A stretch of DNA of 64,000 nucleotides from a virus, in the IMG/VR virus record IMGVR_UViG_3300032770_000020, positions 3,284 to 67,283 of that record, one strand, 5' to 3'. A program made the translations under genes and the position numbers. This document shows positions 25,242 to 34,146 of this stretch, piece after piece. The notes under the pieces were generated by a model that ran no database searches, was not told the origin of the DNA, and saw only the letters and a program-made list of their open reading frames with translations. Position 1 is the first letter of the stretch, and each line of letters opens with the position of its first letter.

Positions 25242-25375
25242 CCACGCCAATCTGCCACAAGTGCGGGCGCCAGACGCTGATGGCGAAGTGTCCTGGCTGC
25301 GGGCACTGGATCCACGGCTGCAAGAAGTGCGGCGGCGGCGCGAAGCCAGCGAAGAAGGGAGGGCGCCATGGGTGA
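25238..25375 (+). CDS. Small zinc-ribbon protein
   Basis: CHKC, CPGC, CKKC; GTGA overlap. Confidence 0.6.
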   Translation: MTTPICHKCGRQTLMAKCPGCGHWIHGCKKCGGGAKPAKKGGRHG

Positions 25376-26135
25376 GGGAACCGCGATCGAGTGGTGTGAC
25401 TATACGTTCAACCCCTGGTTGGGTTGCACCAAGGTCTCTCCAGGCTGCGATCACTGCTACGCCGAAACCTGGGCGAATCGTACTGGCCACAAAGGCCTAT
25501 GGGGTACGGGCGCCCACCGTCTGTTTGGCGACGCTCACTGGCGCGCGCCGCTCCTCTGGAGCGAGAGGGCCAGGAATCTTGAGCGGAAGCCGCGCGTGTT
25601 CTGCGCCTCCATGGCTGACGTCTTCGACAACGAGGCACCGAGCCGCGAGCGCGACCGGCTGTGGCGCCTGATAGAGGCGACACCTCACCTCAGTTGGCTG
25701 ATCCTGACCAAGCGCATCGGGAATGCCGCGAGGATGCTGCCAGCTGCGTGGAGCCCGCTGGGAGTCAGGCGCACGCACCAGAACGTGTGGCTCGGCATCA
25801 GCGTCGTAAACCAGGAGGAAGCCGAGCGCGACATCCCGAAGCTCGCAGAGATACCTGCTGTCGTCAGGTTCCTGTCATGCGAGCCGCTGCTCGAGGCTAT
25901 AGACCTGCGCAGGGTGAACGCGGCGCAGTTCGTGGACTGGATCATAGTTGGAGGTGAGAGCGGCCATCACGCGAGGCCGATGGACCACACCTGGGCGCTG
26001 GACCTGCTTAACTGGTCCGCGTGCAACGACGCTCGGTTTTTCATGAAGCAGCTGTCGCAAGCCGACCGGCCGCACACGTTCAAGCGCTTCGCCGACTTCC
26101 CGCGCGAGCTCCAGCGGCGGGAGTGGCCACGGTGA
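25368..26135 (+). CDS. Phage Gp37/Gp68 (DUF5131) family protein
   Basis: IEWCDYTFNPWLGCTKVSPGCDHCYAE, FCASMADVF, LTKR, SCEPLL, WIIVGGESG. Confidence 0.9.
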   Translation: MGEGTAIEWCDYTFNPWLGCTKVSPGCDHCYAETWANRTGHKGLWGTGAHRLFGDAHWRAPLLWSERARNLERKPRVFCASMADVFDNEAPSRERDRLWRLIEATPHLSWLILTKRIGNAARMLPAAWSPLGVRRTHQNVWLGISVVNQEEAERDIPKLAEIPAVVRFLSCEPLLEAIDLRRVNAAQFVDWIIVGGESGHHARPMDHTWALDLLNWSACNDARFFMKQLSQADRPHTFKRFADFPRELQRREWPR

Positions 26136-26609
26136 CCGACAGGCCTGCGCTGCGCTACCACGGCGGGAAGTTCCGCCTGGCGACCTGGTTGATGAAGCTC
26201 TTCCCGGAGCACCGCACCTACGTGGAGCCGTTCGGCGGCGGCGCCGGCGTGCTGCTGCGCAAGCCCCGGAGCGCAGACCGCCGATGAGGAAGCTCACCCA
26301 CAGCGCCCCGTCCCGCAGCAGCGCCCGCACTACGTCGACCCGCCGTATCTTTTCGGCACCAGAGACCGCGCCTCGAAGCACATCCACCGCTATTACCGGC
26401 ACGAGATGACGGACTGGGAGCACGAGCAGCTGTGCGCATGCCTGCGGAATCTCCGCGGCAAAGTCGTGCTGAGCGGATACGAGAACGGGCTCTATAGGAA
26501 CGCGCTGGGAGACTGGACGACGCGCTCGCATTCGACGGTCGGTGGCAGCAACCGCGGCTCGGTCAGGCGCACCGAGGTCGTGTGGATGAACCGGGCATGC
26601 GCAGCCTGA
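26132..26609 (+). pseudogene. dam: Disrupted DNA adenine methyltransferase (D12/Dam class)
   Basis: N-fragment LRYHGGK...YVEPFGGGAGV stops at 26287; C-fragment HYVDPPY...VVLSGY...TEVVWMN in another frame; middle is missing. Confidence 0.85.
26270..26327. repeat. 58-bp perfect inverted repeat, copy 1 (partner 27690-27747)
   Basis: Exact reverse complement checked base by base. Confidence 0.95.
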
Positions 26610-26884
26610 AGGACCGCGCCGCCTACAAGAGCGCCTGGTATCGCGCGCACCGCGATCGCCAGCGCGAGCTCAACACCGAGTGGAAACGGGCCCGCGCGCG
26701 CCGACGCTGGGCGCGCTGGCTGATCAACGAACTGAGGCTCCATTGGAGCCGGGAGAGCGACCATGCAGAGGCAACCTGTCGAGTCGAGCAACATCAAGTC
26801 CGTGGGCTGGGACGACAAGACCAAGACCCTCGAGATCGAGTTCAAGGGCGGCGGCATCTACCAGTACACGGGACCGCCGGCTGA
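26597..26884 (+). CDS. Possible small Arg-rich protein overlapping the KTSC gene
   Basis: MRSLKDRAAYKSAWYRAHRDRQRE; the C-terminal part is an off-frame read of KTSC. Confidence 0.35.
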   Translation: MRSLKDRAAYKSAWYRAHRDRQRELNTEWKRARARRRWARWLINELRLHWSRESDHAEATCRVEQHQVRGLGRQDQDPRDRVQGRRHLPVHGTAG

Positions 26885-26984
26885 GCAGCGCTACAAAGAG
26901 TTGCTCGCCGCCGAGTCCAAGGGGAAATATTTCACGGCCCACATAAGGCGTGACCCTCAGTTGGTGGTCAAGCGGATCTCCTAG
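26763..26984 (+). CDS. KTSC domain protein
   Basis: VESSNIKSVGWD...LEIEFKGG.IYQY...SKGKYF...IR. Confidence 0.9.
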   Translation: MQRQPVESSNIKSVGWDDKTKTLEIEFKGGGIYQYTGPPAEQRYKELLAAESKGKYFTAHIRRDPQLVVKRIS

Positions 26985-26986
26985 CC

Positions 26987-27442
26987 ATGCGGACGGTGCA
27001 TGGACACGCCCGCGCGGGCGCGAAGACGCGCGAGTACCGAGCGTGGTGCAACATGATCCAACGCTGCACCAACCCAAGGGCTACGTATTACCGCGCCTAC
27101 GGCGGCCGCGGCATCCGCGTCTGCGAGCGCTGGCTTCACTTCGAGAATTTCCTCTCGGACATGGGCCCATGCAGGCCGCACTTCTCGCTGGAGCGCAAGG
27201 ACACCAACGGCGACTACGAGCCGGGTAATTGCCGTTGGGCGACCCGAGCCGAGCAGGCCAGAAATTCCCGATCCAACCGGCTGCTGACCCATGCCGGGAA
27301 GACCCTCTGCCTGGTTGACTGGGCTGCGGAGGTCGGTATCTCCGAGAAGGTGATTTCGGACAGGTTGCGTCTAGGCTGGGCCGTTCCGCGCGCGCTCACG
27401 GAGCCGCTGCACTACCGCGGGCAGAAGGACTGGCATGCGTGA
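26987..27442 (+). mobile_element. Free-standing HNH homing endonuclease
   Basis: EYRAWCNMIQRC.NP...YGGRGIRVCERW..FENF..DMG...SLERKDTNGDYEPGNCRWAT..EQARN. Confidence 0.9.
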
Positions 27443-27848
27443 GCCCCGCCCGCAGCAGCGGATGCCTTACGGTGGCAAGCGCCTCTACCAGGCGCTGCGC
27501 CGCGACTACGAGCCCGTGCTGATCGACGTGTTCGTGTCGGAGCAGGCGGTCCGGGGGCGCCTGTTCGCCCCGAACGCCCTCGGCTTCAGCCGGGAGTTCG
27601 ACCCAATGCTGTACTTCTGGCCCGTGGAGGCCCAGCACGTGGTCGTACACCTGTGGGAGGAGAGCCCTGACCTGGTCGAGAGGCTCAGCCGGGCGCTGCT
27701 GCGGGACGGGGCGCTGTGGGTGAGCTTCCTCATCGGCGGTCTGCGCTATAGGATCGAATCGCGAGGCGACGTGCATGCTTTCTGGCGAAGGCGCTACGGG
27801 ACCGAACCCCCCATGGGTCCTGTGGCAACACCAACAGGAGGGGGCTGA
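27435..27848 (+). CDS. Hypothetical protein
   Basis: GC3 bias; overlaps both neighbours. Confidence 0.65.
   Translation: MREPRPQQRMPYGGKRLYQALRRDYEPVLIDVFVSEQAVRGRLFAPNALGFSREFDPMLYFWPVEAQHVVVHLWEESPDLVERLSRALLRDGALWVSFLIGGLRYRIESRGDVHAFWRRRYGTEPPMGPVATPTGGG
27690..27747. repeat. 58-bp perfect inverted repeat, copy 2 (in coding frame of 27435..27848)
   Basis: Reverse complement of 26270-26327. Confidence 0.95.
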
Positions 27849-29325
27849 TGCGATTGACGCCGCACCGGAGCGGCGCATCGTTGCGTGCGCACCGACGGGC
27901 AGCGGCAAGACCCTGCTCGGCATGGAGCTCGCCAGGCGCACGATCGGCCGCGGAGGCCGAGTCACGATCATGGCCCCGCGCCACGAGCTCATCCAGCAGT
28001 TCATCGAGCGCATGGATGTCTGGGCGGCGGGCGCGTACGGAATCATCTCCGCCGGCTTCAAGCGCCGGCAGAACCTCTACGCGGCGCTCCAGCTCGCGTC
28101 TGTGGACACTCTGGTCTCGCGCGTGGTCAAGCGTCGCAACCTGGCTCTCCCGCTGGCGGACCTTGTGATCTGCGACGAGGTGCACCTGTACCAGACGGCC
28201 CACCGCGCGGCGCTGCTCGGCATGTTCCCAGACGCGCGCATCGTCGGCCTCACGGCCACCCCAGGGCGATACGACGGGCGGCCGCTCGGCATGACGTTCG
28301 AGCGGCTCATCGAGATCGAGACCGTGAAGGGCCTCATCGAGAAGGGCTACCTGGTGCCCCCGCTCTACTACGCGCCGTCGGTCCCGGACCTGCGCAAGGT
28401 CCGCACGGTCGCCGGCGACTACAACCGCAAGCAGCTCGAGGAGCGCATGGAGCCGCTGCTCGGGGACATCATCGAGCACTGGCTGAAGCTCGCGTGCACC
28501 AGGCGCACGGTCGTCTTCGCCACCGGCGTCGGCCAGTCCGTCTACCTGGCGGAGCGCTTCCGCGCGGTCGGCGTGACGGCGGAGCATTGCGACGGCACCG
28601 CCGACCAGGTGCATCGCGAGGCCATCTTCGAGCGCTTCCGCACGGGCGAGACGCAGGTGCTGTGCAACGTGGACCTGGCCACCTACGGCTTCGACCTGCC
28701 TGACCTGTCGTGCGTGGTGCTCGCGCGGCCTACGCTCTCGGTGGTCCGCTACCTGCAGATGGTCGGTCGAGGCCTGCGCGCCGCCGATGGAAAGACCGAC
28801 TGCCTGGTGCTCGACCACGCCGGCAATGTGCGGCGGCACGGGTACGCGGAGGAGGAGCGGCACTGGTCGCTGGACGGCCGCCGCAAGATCCCAGGCAAGG
28901 CGCTCGAGCTCGCGCCGTGCAAGAGCGGCGAGGTCGAGAAGAAGAAGCTCCGCCTGCGCTGCCCGCGCTGCAAGCTGGTGTTCGCCGGCGCGCTCACGTG
29001 CCCGGGGTGCCAATACTACTTCGAGCGCACCGCCCGATCCTTCAGGGTCGTGGACGGCGAGCTCATCCGCATGCGCGAGCCCGAGCCACGCGACCTGGCG
29101 GAGCGCGTCGAGTTCTACCGCGAGCTCTTGGGCTACGCGGAGCAGAAGGGCTACAAGGCCGGCTGGGCGGCCCATGCCTACGAATCCAAGTACCGCGAGC
29201 TCCCGCCGCGTGACTGGGCGCGCCAGGGCGCCGCGGTGCCTAGCCCGAAGACGTACGGGTACGTGAAGTTTCTGACGATCCGCCGCGCGCGGTCGCGGCA
29301 CAAACAACAGGAGGTCTCGCAATGA
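27775..29325 (+). CDS. SF2 DExH helicase with C-terminal zinc finger
   Basis: APTGSGKT, DEVH, GLTATP, QMVGRGLR, LDHAGN, CPRC...CPGC. Confidence 0.95.
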   Translation: MLSGEGATGPNPPWVLWQHQQEGADAIDAAPERRIVACAPTGSGKTLLGMELARRTIGRGGRVTIMAPRHELIQQFIERMDVWAAGAYGIISAGFKRRQNLYAALQLASVDTLVSRVVKRRNLALPLADLVICDEVHLYQTAHRAALLGMFPDARIVGLTATPGRYDGRPLGMTFERLIEIETVKGLIEKGYLVPPLYYAPSVPDLRKVRTVAGDYNRKQLEERMEPLLGDIIEHWLKLACTRRTVVFATGVGQSVYLAERFRAVGVTAEHCDGTADQVHREAIFERFRTGETQVLCNVDLATYGFDLPDLSCVVLARPTLSVVRYLQMVGRGLRAADGKTDCLVLDHAGNVRRHGYAEEERHWSLDGRRKIPGKALELAPCKSGEVEKKKLRLRCPRCKLVFAGALTCPGCQYYFERTARSFRVVDGELIRMREPEPRDLAERVEFYRELLGYAEQKGYKAGWAAHAYESKYRELPPRDWARQGAAVPSPKTYGYVKFLTIRRARSRHKQQEVSQ

Positions 29326-29762
29326 GCGGTGGCGAATCGGTCGGGGAACTCGTCCCGATACTCAACCAGGTGGCCGAACGGCTGCGCGTGCAGGGAAACT
29401 ACGGCCCCGGGTGGTCGGACGTGGCGGACGCGACGGCGGTGACCCAGGCAGCGGAGGCGCTCCAAGCTCTGGACGCCGGCGTCCGCAAAGCGATATCCGA
29501 GTGCGAGGCCTGCGGCGGGTCGGGGTTCGACGTGATCGACGACGGGCATGGGGACATCGACAAGGATCCCTGCCAGTTCTGCTGGGACCTGCGCGAGCTG
29601 ATCCACGACACCACCAACTACACGCTGAAACCGCTCGAGGAGGCCGCGGCGGCGGAGCCATTCAGCCGCGAGGTGCGGGCGCCGCGCGCGCACTGCGCGA
29701 AGAGCGAGTACTGCTTCCTCCACGATGGTCACGAGGGCGCATGCGATGAAATTCCATTTTAG
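29322..29762 (+). CDS. Hypothetical Cys-rich protein
   Basis: CEACGGSG...PCQFC; RBS GGAGGT. Confidence 0.65.
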   Translation: MSGGESVGELVPILNQVAERLRVQGNYGPGWSDVADATAVTQAAEALQALDAGVRKAISECEACGGSGFDVIDDGHGDIDKDPCQFCWDLRELIHDTTNYTLKPLEEAAAAEPFSREVRAPRAHCAKSEYCFLHDGHEGACDEIPF

Positions 29763-29771
29763 GAGGCGCCC

Positions 29772-30215
29772 ATGAGGATGGCTTACCTGCGTGCGCGCGC
29801 AGACGCCGGAGACCGTGGGTCCCACGCGCCTGATGTGGTGGCTCGGATACGTACGCTTTACGAGGCCGGCAGCAGCCAGCGACAAATCGCCGCACAGATC
29901 GGCTGCAGCCGAGGCGCGATCGCGTACATCATGACGTTGAACCAGATCGTGGCCCGGCGCCCTGAGGAGCGCCAGTACCCGCGAGGCGCACAGCATGCCA
30001 ACTGGAAGGGCGACGGGGCCTGCTACGAGCGCCTGCACCAGAGGGTCGTCGAAGCGCGTGGCGCCCCGAAGAGGTGCGAGGGCTGCGGTCTCGCCGACCC
30101 GCGGAGGCACTACGACTGGGCAAACCTGACCGGCAGGTACGGGGACCCGATGGATTATCGGCGGCTCTGCCGCCCGTGCCACAGGCGTTACGACGCAAGC
30201 CGGAGGGCCAGATGA
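29772..30215 (+). CDS. HTH + HNH-like endonuclease
   Basis: SQRQIAAQIGCSRG HTH; NWKGD..Y..LH..V...RG.P..CE.CG...WAN...Y..LCR.CH..YD. Confidence 0.8.
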   Translation: MRMAYLRARADAGDRGSHAPDVVARIRTLYEAGSSQRQIAAQIGCSRGAIAYIMTLNQIVARRPEERQYPRGAQHANWKGDGACYERLHQRVVEARGAPKRCEGCGLADPRRHYDWANLTGRYGDPMDYRRLCRPCHRRYDASRRAR

Positions 30216-31024
30216 TCGATTCGATCATTGCCTGGCAGGGCGAGGTGGAAATACTGTCGGCCTCCTGGTCGCTGACCGATGGGCGCCGTGTAGAGCTCAG
30301 GCTGTGCGGGTCGCCCTACGACAGGCAACACCCCTTCAAGAGATTCCAGCAGAAACGGAATGGACACGTGGGGACGAGGTTCAAGGCCTCGTTCGCTCGT
30401 ACCAGTACGGGAGAAGTGCTGTCGACGATGGAGCTGATGCTGTGTTCTTGGAAGGACTCCTCCAGCATCGGCCAGTCGGTTATCTTCTGGCTCGACGATG
30501 AGCCCGACGTCCACCCATTCTGCGGCTGCGCGCCGCGCAAGGCGCAGGTCCCAGGCGATATGTTCGCCGTGGTCCTGGTGGAGTTGACCGATGACGACAG
30601 GCCCGTGGACCAGCACCGAGAACGACGAGTTGCGGGCGATGGCGGACACCCTGGCGAGCCACCCCGAGCTGGTGAAGCCCGAGGAAGTGGACCAGGCGAT
30701 AGCGGAGATCCGGGACCAGATCACGAACCTCGAGGAGCTGCTGGCGATCAGCCGGAGAGTCCTCGGACTGCTGGAGGCTCGAAAAGGCGCCTGTCGAGCT
30801 CCGCCCACCTCCTCCTGACGAGCCCGATGTTCACGCAATACCTCAAGGAGACCAAGCCCAACCTGGTGAAGTCGTGGACACCGGACGTCGCGCGCAACTA
30901 CGCCAAGCAGCTGATCAAGGTCGAGTCGCTCTCGGACCTAGACCGCGACCGCGGCGCCGTGGAACGCTACGAGAACCTCATCCGCCGCCCGTACGACCGC
31001 TGGGCGCACCAGGACCCCCGCTAA
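30212..31024 (+). CDS. Two-domain phage protein with disordered linker
   Basis: ATG 30212; ordered N-domain ending VLVELTDDDRPV; ordered C-domain ...ESLSDLDRD..A...Y...IRRPY..W. Confidence 0.75.
   Translation: MIDSIIAWQGEVEILSASWSLTDGRRVELRLCGSPYDRQHPFKRFQQKRNGHVGTRFKASFARTSTGEVLSTMELMLCSWKDSSSIGQSVIFWLDDEPDVHPFCGCAPRKAQVPGDMFAVVLVELTDDDRPVDQHRERRVAGDGGHPGEPPRAGEARGSGPGDSGDPGPDHEPRGAAGDQPESPRTAGGSKRRLSSSAHLLLTSPMFTQYLKETKPNLVKSWTPDVARNYAKQLIKVESLSDLDRDRGAVERYENLIRRPYDRWAHQDPR
30591..30818 (+). CDS. Nested +1-frame helical protein (75 aa)
   Basis: GGAG 7 nt before ATG; hand count 57 of first 62 codons G/C-ending; amphipathic heptads. Confidence 0.65.
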   Translation: MTTGPWTSTENDELRAMADTLASHPELVKPEEVDQAIAEIRDQITNLEELLAISRRVLGLLEARKGACRAPPTSS

Positions 31025-31036
31025 CCGGAGACCGCC

Positions 31037-31234
31037 GTGGACGTCAACATAGTCGAGCTCGACCGCTACATCACCTTCTGCCGCGAGCAGGCGCTGCGCC
31101 TGAGGCGGGAGCACGCTCACAAGACCTGGGCGCAGCACCAGGCGGAAACCTTCACGGACATCGAGAAGTTCCTGCTCGAGGTGCGGCGCGACCACCAGAT
31201 GCGTGGGCCCGGCGGCGCGAGGATCGACGAGTGA
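31037..31234 (+). CDS. Hypothetical protein
   Basis: GGAGACCGCC-GTG. Confidence 0.65.
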   Translation: MDVNIVELDRYITFCREQALRLRREHAHKTWAQHQAETFTDIEKFLLEVRRDHQMRGPGGARIDE

Positions 31235-31716
31235 GCCCGCACAACCAACCCTCAAAACAGCAGGTCTCTTGTGTTGTCTGCCATCAGCCAATCACTGAGA
31301 CTCGCCCCGGTACGTGGGGCATTGCACTCAGCAACGCGAAGCATCTTGAGTGTCAGCACATCCACGGCGAACTGGTGGCGGCTGGGTGCGGGCTACACGC
31401 TAACAGCCAGAATCCAGACTTCCGCCCTGGTCAGGAAGCCGTAGCGCGGTGGGCAAACTTAATGCTGCGGGGCGCCGACGAGATCGAGCGGCTGACGATG
31501 GAACGCGATGCTTGCCTGCGCCGGCTCAGCGAGAACGATGAGGAGATCGAGCGGCTGCGCGCGGCACTGGACCGGCTTGTCCGTGCCTGCGACGACTACG
31601 TGGTTGACAAGATGCCGGGCGCTGTTTGGGACGAGGAAGTCGAGCGCGCACGAGCATCCATTGAAGCCGCACCACGGGACGAGACGACAGCAGCTACGGA
31701 GTCAAAATGCCCCTGA
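31231..31716 (+). CDS. Hypothetical protein with EIERL coiled-coil
   Basis: GTGA overlap; lower-GC 5' half; ADEIERL/EEIERLRA repeats. Confidence 0.6.
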   Translation: MSPHNQPSKQQVSCVVCHQPITETRPGTWGIALSNAKHLECQHIHGELVAAGCGLHANSQNPDFRPGQEAVARWANLMLRGADEIERLTMERDACLRRLSENDEEIERLRAALDRLVRACDDYVVDKMPGAVWDEEVERARASIEAAPRDETTAATESKCP

Positions 31717-32015
31717 AAGATCATGCCGCGCGCGAGGCTCTCGCGCAGAAGTATGGATGGCACATCATGGGATGGGCCGTCGATCTGGACAATCCGGCCG
31801 GGATTTCGCTGGAGTCGAATTACGATCACATGCGATTCCTGCGGTTCCAGCACCGGGATTCGCTGGCGCAGTGGGAGAAGGTTCTCAAGGCTACGCCGAA
31901 CAAGAAGCCGAAGTACGCCAAGCCAAAGCCGGCAGCGCGCACCTTCGATGATGTGGTGGCGGAGAACAAGAAGCTCCGCGCCGAGCTGGCGAAGCTCAAG
32001 AAAGCGAAGCGGTGA
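31707..32015 (+). CDS. Hypothetical protein
   Basis: RBS GGAG; basic C-terminal coil. Confidence 0.65.
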   Translation: MPLKDHAAREALAQKYGWHIMGWAVDLDNPAGISLESNYDHMRFLRFQHRDSLAQWEKVLKATPNKKPKYAKPKPAARTFDDVVAENKKLRAELAKLKKAKR

Positions 32016-32224
32016 AGACTGGAGACAAGATCGTGTGGACGGCGCGCCCGAGCGGCGAGCGTTTCAATGGCCGGTTCGTGCGTCTGAGCCAGAAGGGCCG
32101 CGCCGAGATCGAGGTATGGATTCCTGATCGACCGCCGCTACGAAGCGGTCACACGCACAGGACGTGGGTGAAAGTCGAGAATATCGAAGCCGTACAACCG
32201 GAGAACGGGGAACGACCTCGATGA
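32012..32224 (+). CDS. Small SH3/KOW-like beta protein
   Basis: MKTGDKIVW...WVKVENIE. Confidence 0.6.
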   Translation: MKTGDKIVWTARPSGERFNGRFVRLSQKGRAEIEVWIPDRPPLRSGHTHRTWVKVENIEAVQPENGERPR

Positions 32225-32553
32225 CCGTAGAGCCTGGCGTCCGCGTCCGCGACATGCCCGACGAGGCCTTCGGGGCGCTCCTCAAGGCTATCGGGCCGGA
32301 GGTCGGGCGTCTTGCGAACCGCGGCGACCCGCTGGCGATCGCCGTCATGGCCCGCTACGTCTACGCCCACAACCACCAGAACGACCCCCAGGCGCTCCTC
32401 GAGGTGCGCACCGCGGTCGAGGACTACGTGAACCGGGACCTTCGCATCGCTGAGGTCAACGACCTCGGGAGCAAGTTCGGCCACATGGTCGAGGGCGAGG
32501 ACAAGGACCCGCCGCCGCGCATCTTCGTGCCTGGGAGCGGGAGCGAGCAGTGA
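32221..32553 (+). CDS. Hypothetical protein
   Basis: ATG 32221 in ATGA overlap; strong GC3. Confidence 0.65.
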   Translation: MTVEPGVRVRDMPDEAFGALLKAIGPEVGRLANRGDPLAIAVMARYVYAHNHQNDPQALLEVRTAVEDYVNRDLRIAEVNDLGSKFGHMVEGEDKDPPPRIFVPGSGSEQ

Positions 32554-33050
32554 TTGAGCTCACGGCTCGCTGCCTGCAGCCGACCACTTGCCCCTTCAGC
32601 CGCTCAACCTTCTGCGAGAATCCAGGCTGCGCCGTCGCGGCTGACGAGGTGACCTTGCCATGCTCCGTTACAGATCACGAAAAGAGGCTGAGGCGGCTCT
32701 CCTGCGTAGTGTCCGACCGGACGCCCGTGACGCTGCACCACACGAGGGGAGGGTCGATTTCGGAGAGCCTGTTCGGAGGGCCCGGCGCCGGCCAGAAGCA
32801 GAACCCAGCCCTCCAGATACCGCTGCACGCCGATTACCACGTGGGGACGTACGGGATCGACGCGCGGATCGGAAGCAGCGTGCGGGACTGGGAGAGGAGG
32901 TTCGGGGAGCAGACCGACCATTTGAGCTCGACCTCGCGCCTTCTGAGGTACAGCGTGTGGACCCTCGCCTGGTCGTGGGCCAGCCCCTTACAGCGTCGTC
33001 GCGTCGAGTTCTTCTTAGCGGAGCACCGTTCGCGCTCGCTCCCAGCGTGA
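32550..33050 (+). CDS. Ref/DUF968-like HNH-fold nuclease
   Basis: LSCVVS....TLHH..GG...GQK.....IPL...YH....GI...WERRFG.Q. Confidence 0.65.
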   Translation: MIELTARCLQPTTCPFSRSTFCENPGCAVAADEVTLPCSVTDHEKRLRRLSCVVSDRTPVTLHHTRGGSISESLFGGPGAGQKQNPALQIPLHADYHVGTYGIDARIGSSVRDWERRFGEQTDHLSSTSRLLRYSVWTLAWSWASPLQRRRVEFFLAEHRSRSLPA

Positions 33051-33502
33051 ACCGCTACTGGGGTACGAGGGTCGTCACCTCGGAAAAACTGGGGCGACCG
33101 ATCTCTGTGACCTACGTCACCCACGCCGGGAAGGCCTATCAGGAGCTGATCGCGAAGACGCTGCTGGAGATGGGCGCTTGGTACCGCTCGGCCAATCCCC
33201 TGCTCCTGCGGCTGCTGATCTGCCCAGACAGCGAGAGGCAGCAGGACATCGACAACCGATGCAAGGTCGCGATCGACAGCTTGATGAACGGGAATCTATT
33301 CCTGGACGACTCCCAGATCGAGACCTTGGAGGTGCGCCGTGGGCCTACAATTAGGCCTGCCGTGATGTTCGTCTGGGCCGAAGAGTTCGTGCCTGATAGG
33401 CGGGAGAACCTCGCGTGGATAAAGAATGGCGACCCTTCACTGAGTCCGAGCGACAGACCCTCCGCGACGAATATGAGCGGCACGCCAACTCCGGTCGCGT
33501 AG
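32957..33502 (+). CDS. rusA: RusA-family Holliday junction resolvase (start uncertain)
   Basis: PSVNRYW, QDIDNRCK...DSL, DDSQI. Confidence 0.85.
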   Translation: MDPRLVVGQPLTASSRRVLLSGAPFALAPSVNRYWGTRVVTSEKLGRPISVTYVTHAGKAYQELIAKTLLEMGAWYRSANPLLLRLLICPDSERQQDIDNRCKVAIDSLMNGNLFLDDSQIETLEVRRGPTIRPAVMFVWAEEFVPDRRENLAWIKNGDPSLSPSDRPSATNMSGTPTPVA

Positions 33503-34146
33503 CGGACCTCGCCGCGAGGCTGGGGCGCACGCGGCAGTTCCTTTGCCGAAAGGCGCGCGAGCTAGGACTCACGCGGCATGGTCGGGCGCGACCATACGAT
33601 GCCACGTGGAAGTACCTGAGCCGTGAGGGCGCGGAAGCGATCTGGGAAGACTTCAAGCTCAGCCGGCTGGGGATGAAGCGCTACTGCGCGGACAGGGGCT
33701 ACGATGACCTCGGCTTCAGCCGCAAGATGCGGGAGTTCTTCGAGGACGAGTACGAGGCCGTCATCGAGTCGAAAGCTCCGCGGAGCAGCCTCTATAGGCT
33801 CGGGCGCCAAGTTGAGTACTCGGCCTGCCGCGAACTGCGCGCCGCAGGGTTTTTCGCGCTGCGTTCGCCAGCCTCGAAGAGTCCGCTGGACGTAGTCGCG
33901 GTGCGCCCCGGGGTCGTGCTGTTCGTCCAGTGCAAGCGGGCCCTCGACCTGCAGGTCAGCGAGTGGAATGCCCTATTCGACCTCGCGGACAAGTGCGGGG
34001 CCACCGCCGTCCTGGCAGGCAGAGAGCGGGAACGGGGACTGACCTATTTCGTGCTCACTGACCGCAAGGACGGGAGCAAAAGGCCGCAGCCGATGCGGCG
34101 CGCTACGGTAGCCGAGCTTGCGGGCATCAAAGCCCGATCGGCTTGA
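33415..34146 (+). CDS. HTH-containing PD-(D/E)XK nuclease, Hjc-like
   Basis: N-terminal W..FTESE..L...LA.RLGRT; GRQVEY..L..GF..LRSPASKSPLDVVA...FVQCK. Confidence 0.75.
   Translation: MDKEWRPFTESERQTLRDEYERHANSGRVADLAARLGRTRQFLCRKARELGLTRHGRARPYDATWKYLSREGAEAIWEDFKLSRLGMKRYCADRGYDDLGFSRKMREFFEDEYEAVIESKAPRSSLYRLGRQVEYSACRELRAAGFFALRSPASKSPLDVVAVRPGVVLFVQCKRALDLQVSEWNALFDLADKCGATAVLAGRERERGLTYFVLTDRKDGSKRPQPMRRATVAELAGIKARSA

Noticed and set aside
26260-26330. Programmed +1 frameshift restoring Dam
   Set aside because: The second frame is open across the insert, but the central domain would still be missing and the insert is foreign sequence
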